From: Acidimicrobiia bacterium
Lineage (GTDB): Bacteria; Actinomycetota; Acidimicrobiia; Spongiisociales; JAENVV01
Reading direction: 5' to 3'
Assembly: GCA_040883295.1 (NCBI GenBank)
Contig: JBFLKR010000195.1
Coordinates: 1-33,979 of the forward strand
DNA length: 33,979 nt
Part shown: positions 33,695 to 33,979 of the stretch, piece by piece
Numbering within the stretch: the first letter of the stretch is position 1
Layout: each line of letters begins with the position of its first letter
The notes under the pieces: model-generated
What the model saw: only the letters and a program-made list of their open reading frames with translations
Database searches by the model: none
What the model was told of the DNA's origin: nothing
Program-made: the position numbers and the translations under genes

Positions 33695-33710
33695 CATCCA
33701 GGAAGCAGTA

Positions 33711-33979
33711 GTGGCGAAGACACGCATATATGAACTGGCCCGCGAGCTCGAGGTCGACTCCAAGGACGTCCTCGACGTCGCCCGCGAACTCGGCGCCGAG
33801 GTGAAGACCGCCTCGTCGGGCCTCGACGAGGCCATGGCCGGCGAGGTGCGGGCGTGGTTCGGCGGTGGCGAATCCACCCCCGAGCCCGAGCCCAGCCCCG
33901 AACCCGAGCCGGAGCCCACCTCCGAGCCCGAGCCGGAGCCGGAGTCCGAGCCGGAGCCTGAGCCCGAGCCGGAGCCCCA
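33711..33979 (+). CDS. infB: Translation initiation factor IF-2, N-terminal fragment (continues beyond the window)
   Basis: GTG 33711 opens VAKTRIYELARELEVDSKDVLDVARELG (IF2 N-terminal domain), followed by hexanucleotide-encoded (E/S)P repeats. The frame is open to the window end. Confidence 0.9.
   Translation, partial: MAKTRIYELARELEVDSKDVLDVARELGAEVKTASSGLDEAMAGEVRAWFGGGESTPEPEPSPEPEPEPTSEPEPEPESEPEPEPEPEP

Overview
High-GC (roughly 70%) chromosomal segment with Actinomycetota-type synteny; the phylum call is an inference from gene order and the DUF2469 and WhiG-like genes. The backbone is the conserved translation and envelope neighbourhood: ffh-rpsP-KH-rimM, trmD, rplS-lepB-DUF2469-yraN, comM-dprA-whiG-like sigma, rpsB-tsf-pyrH-frr-cdsA-dxr, rseP-ispG, and proS, rimP-nusA-infB (infB runs off the right edge). 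icd and a SulP/STAS transporter sit at the left end. Four accessory insertions interrupt this backbone. (1) 5860-10866: split F420 FO-synthase genes cofG and cofH plus a convergent 549-aa polyacidic protein ending in a YbjQ domain, wedged between rimM and trmD. (2) 11556-12275: an antisense aspartyl/asparaginyl beta-hydroxylase-family gene between trmD and rplS. (3) About 14100-18150: a 4-kb island holding a HAD-IIB-like phosphatase, two tiny ORFs, a heme oxygenase and a PGM1-like ATP-grasp ligase. (4) 29169-29861: a VOC/glyoxalase-fold gene. Five non-genic observations stand out. Two 82-nt structured repeats in inverted orientation bracket cofG. A 63/64-nt tandem duplication with C-homopolymer tracts breaks the 5' reading frame of cdsA. 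Twelve genes have a TANNNT hexamer 6-9 nt before the start codon and no Shine-Dalgarno, suggesting leaderless mRNAs. Perfect in-frame tandem repeats lie inside the acidic gene. Palindromes overlap the heme oxygenase promoter. I saw no rRNA, tRNA, CRISPR array, transposase or integrase. No single obvious new multi-gene system is evident. The best candidates for follow-up are the central accessory island, the cofG-flanking repeats with the extended CofH, and the cdsA frameshift. Many long ORFs in the supplied track are GC-driven shadow frames and were discarded.
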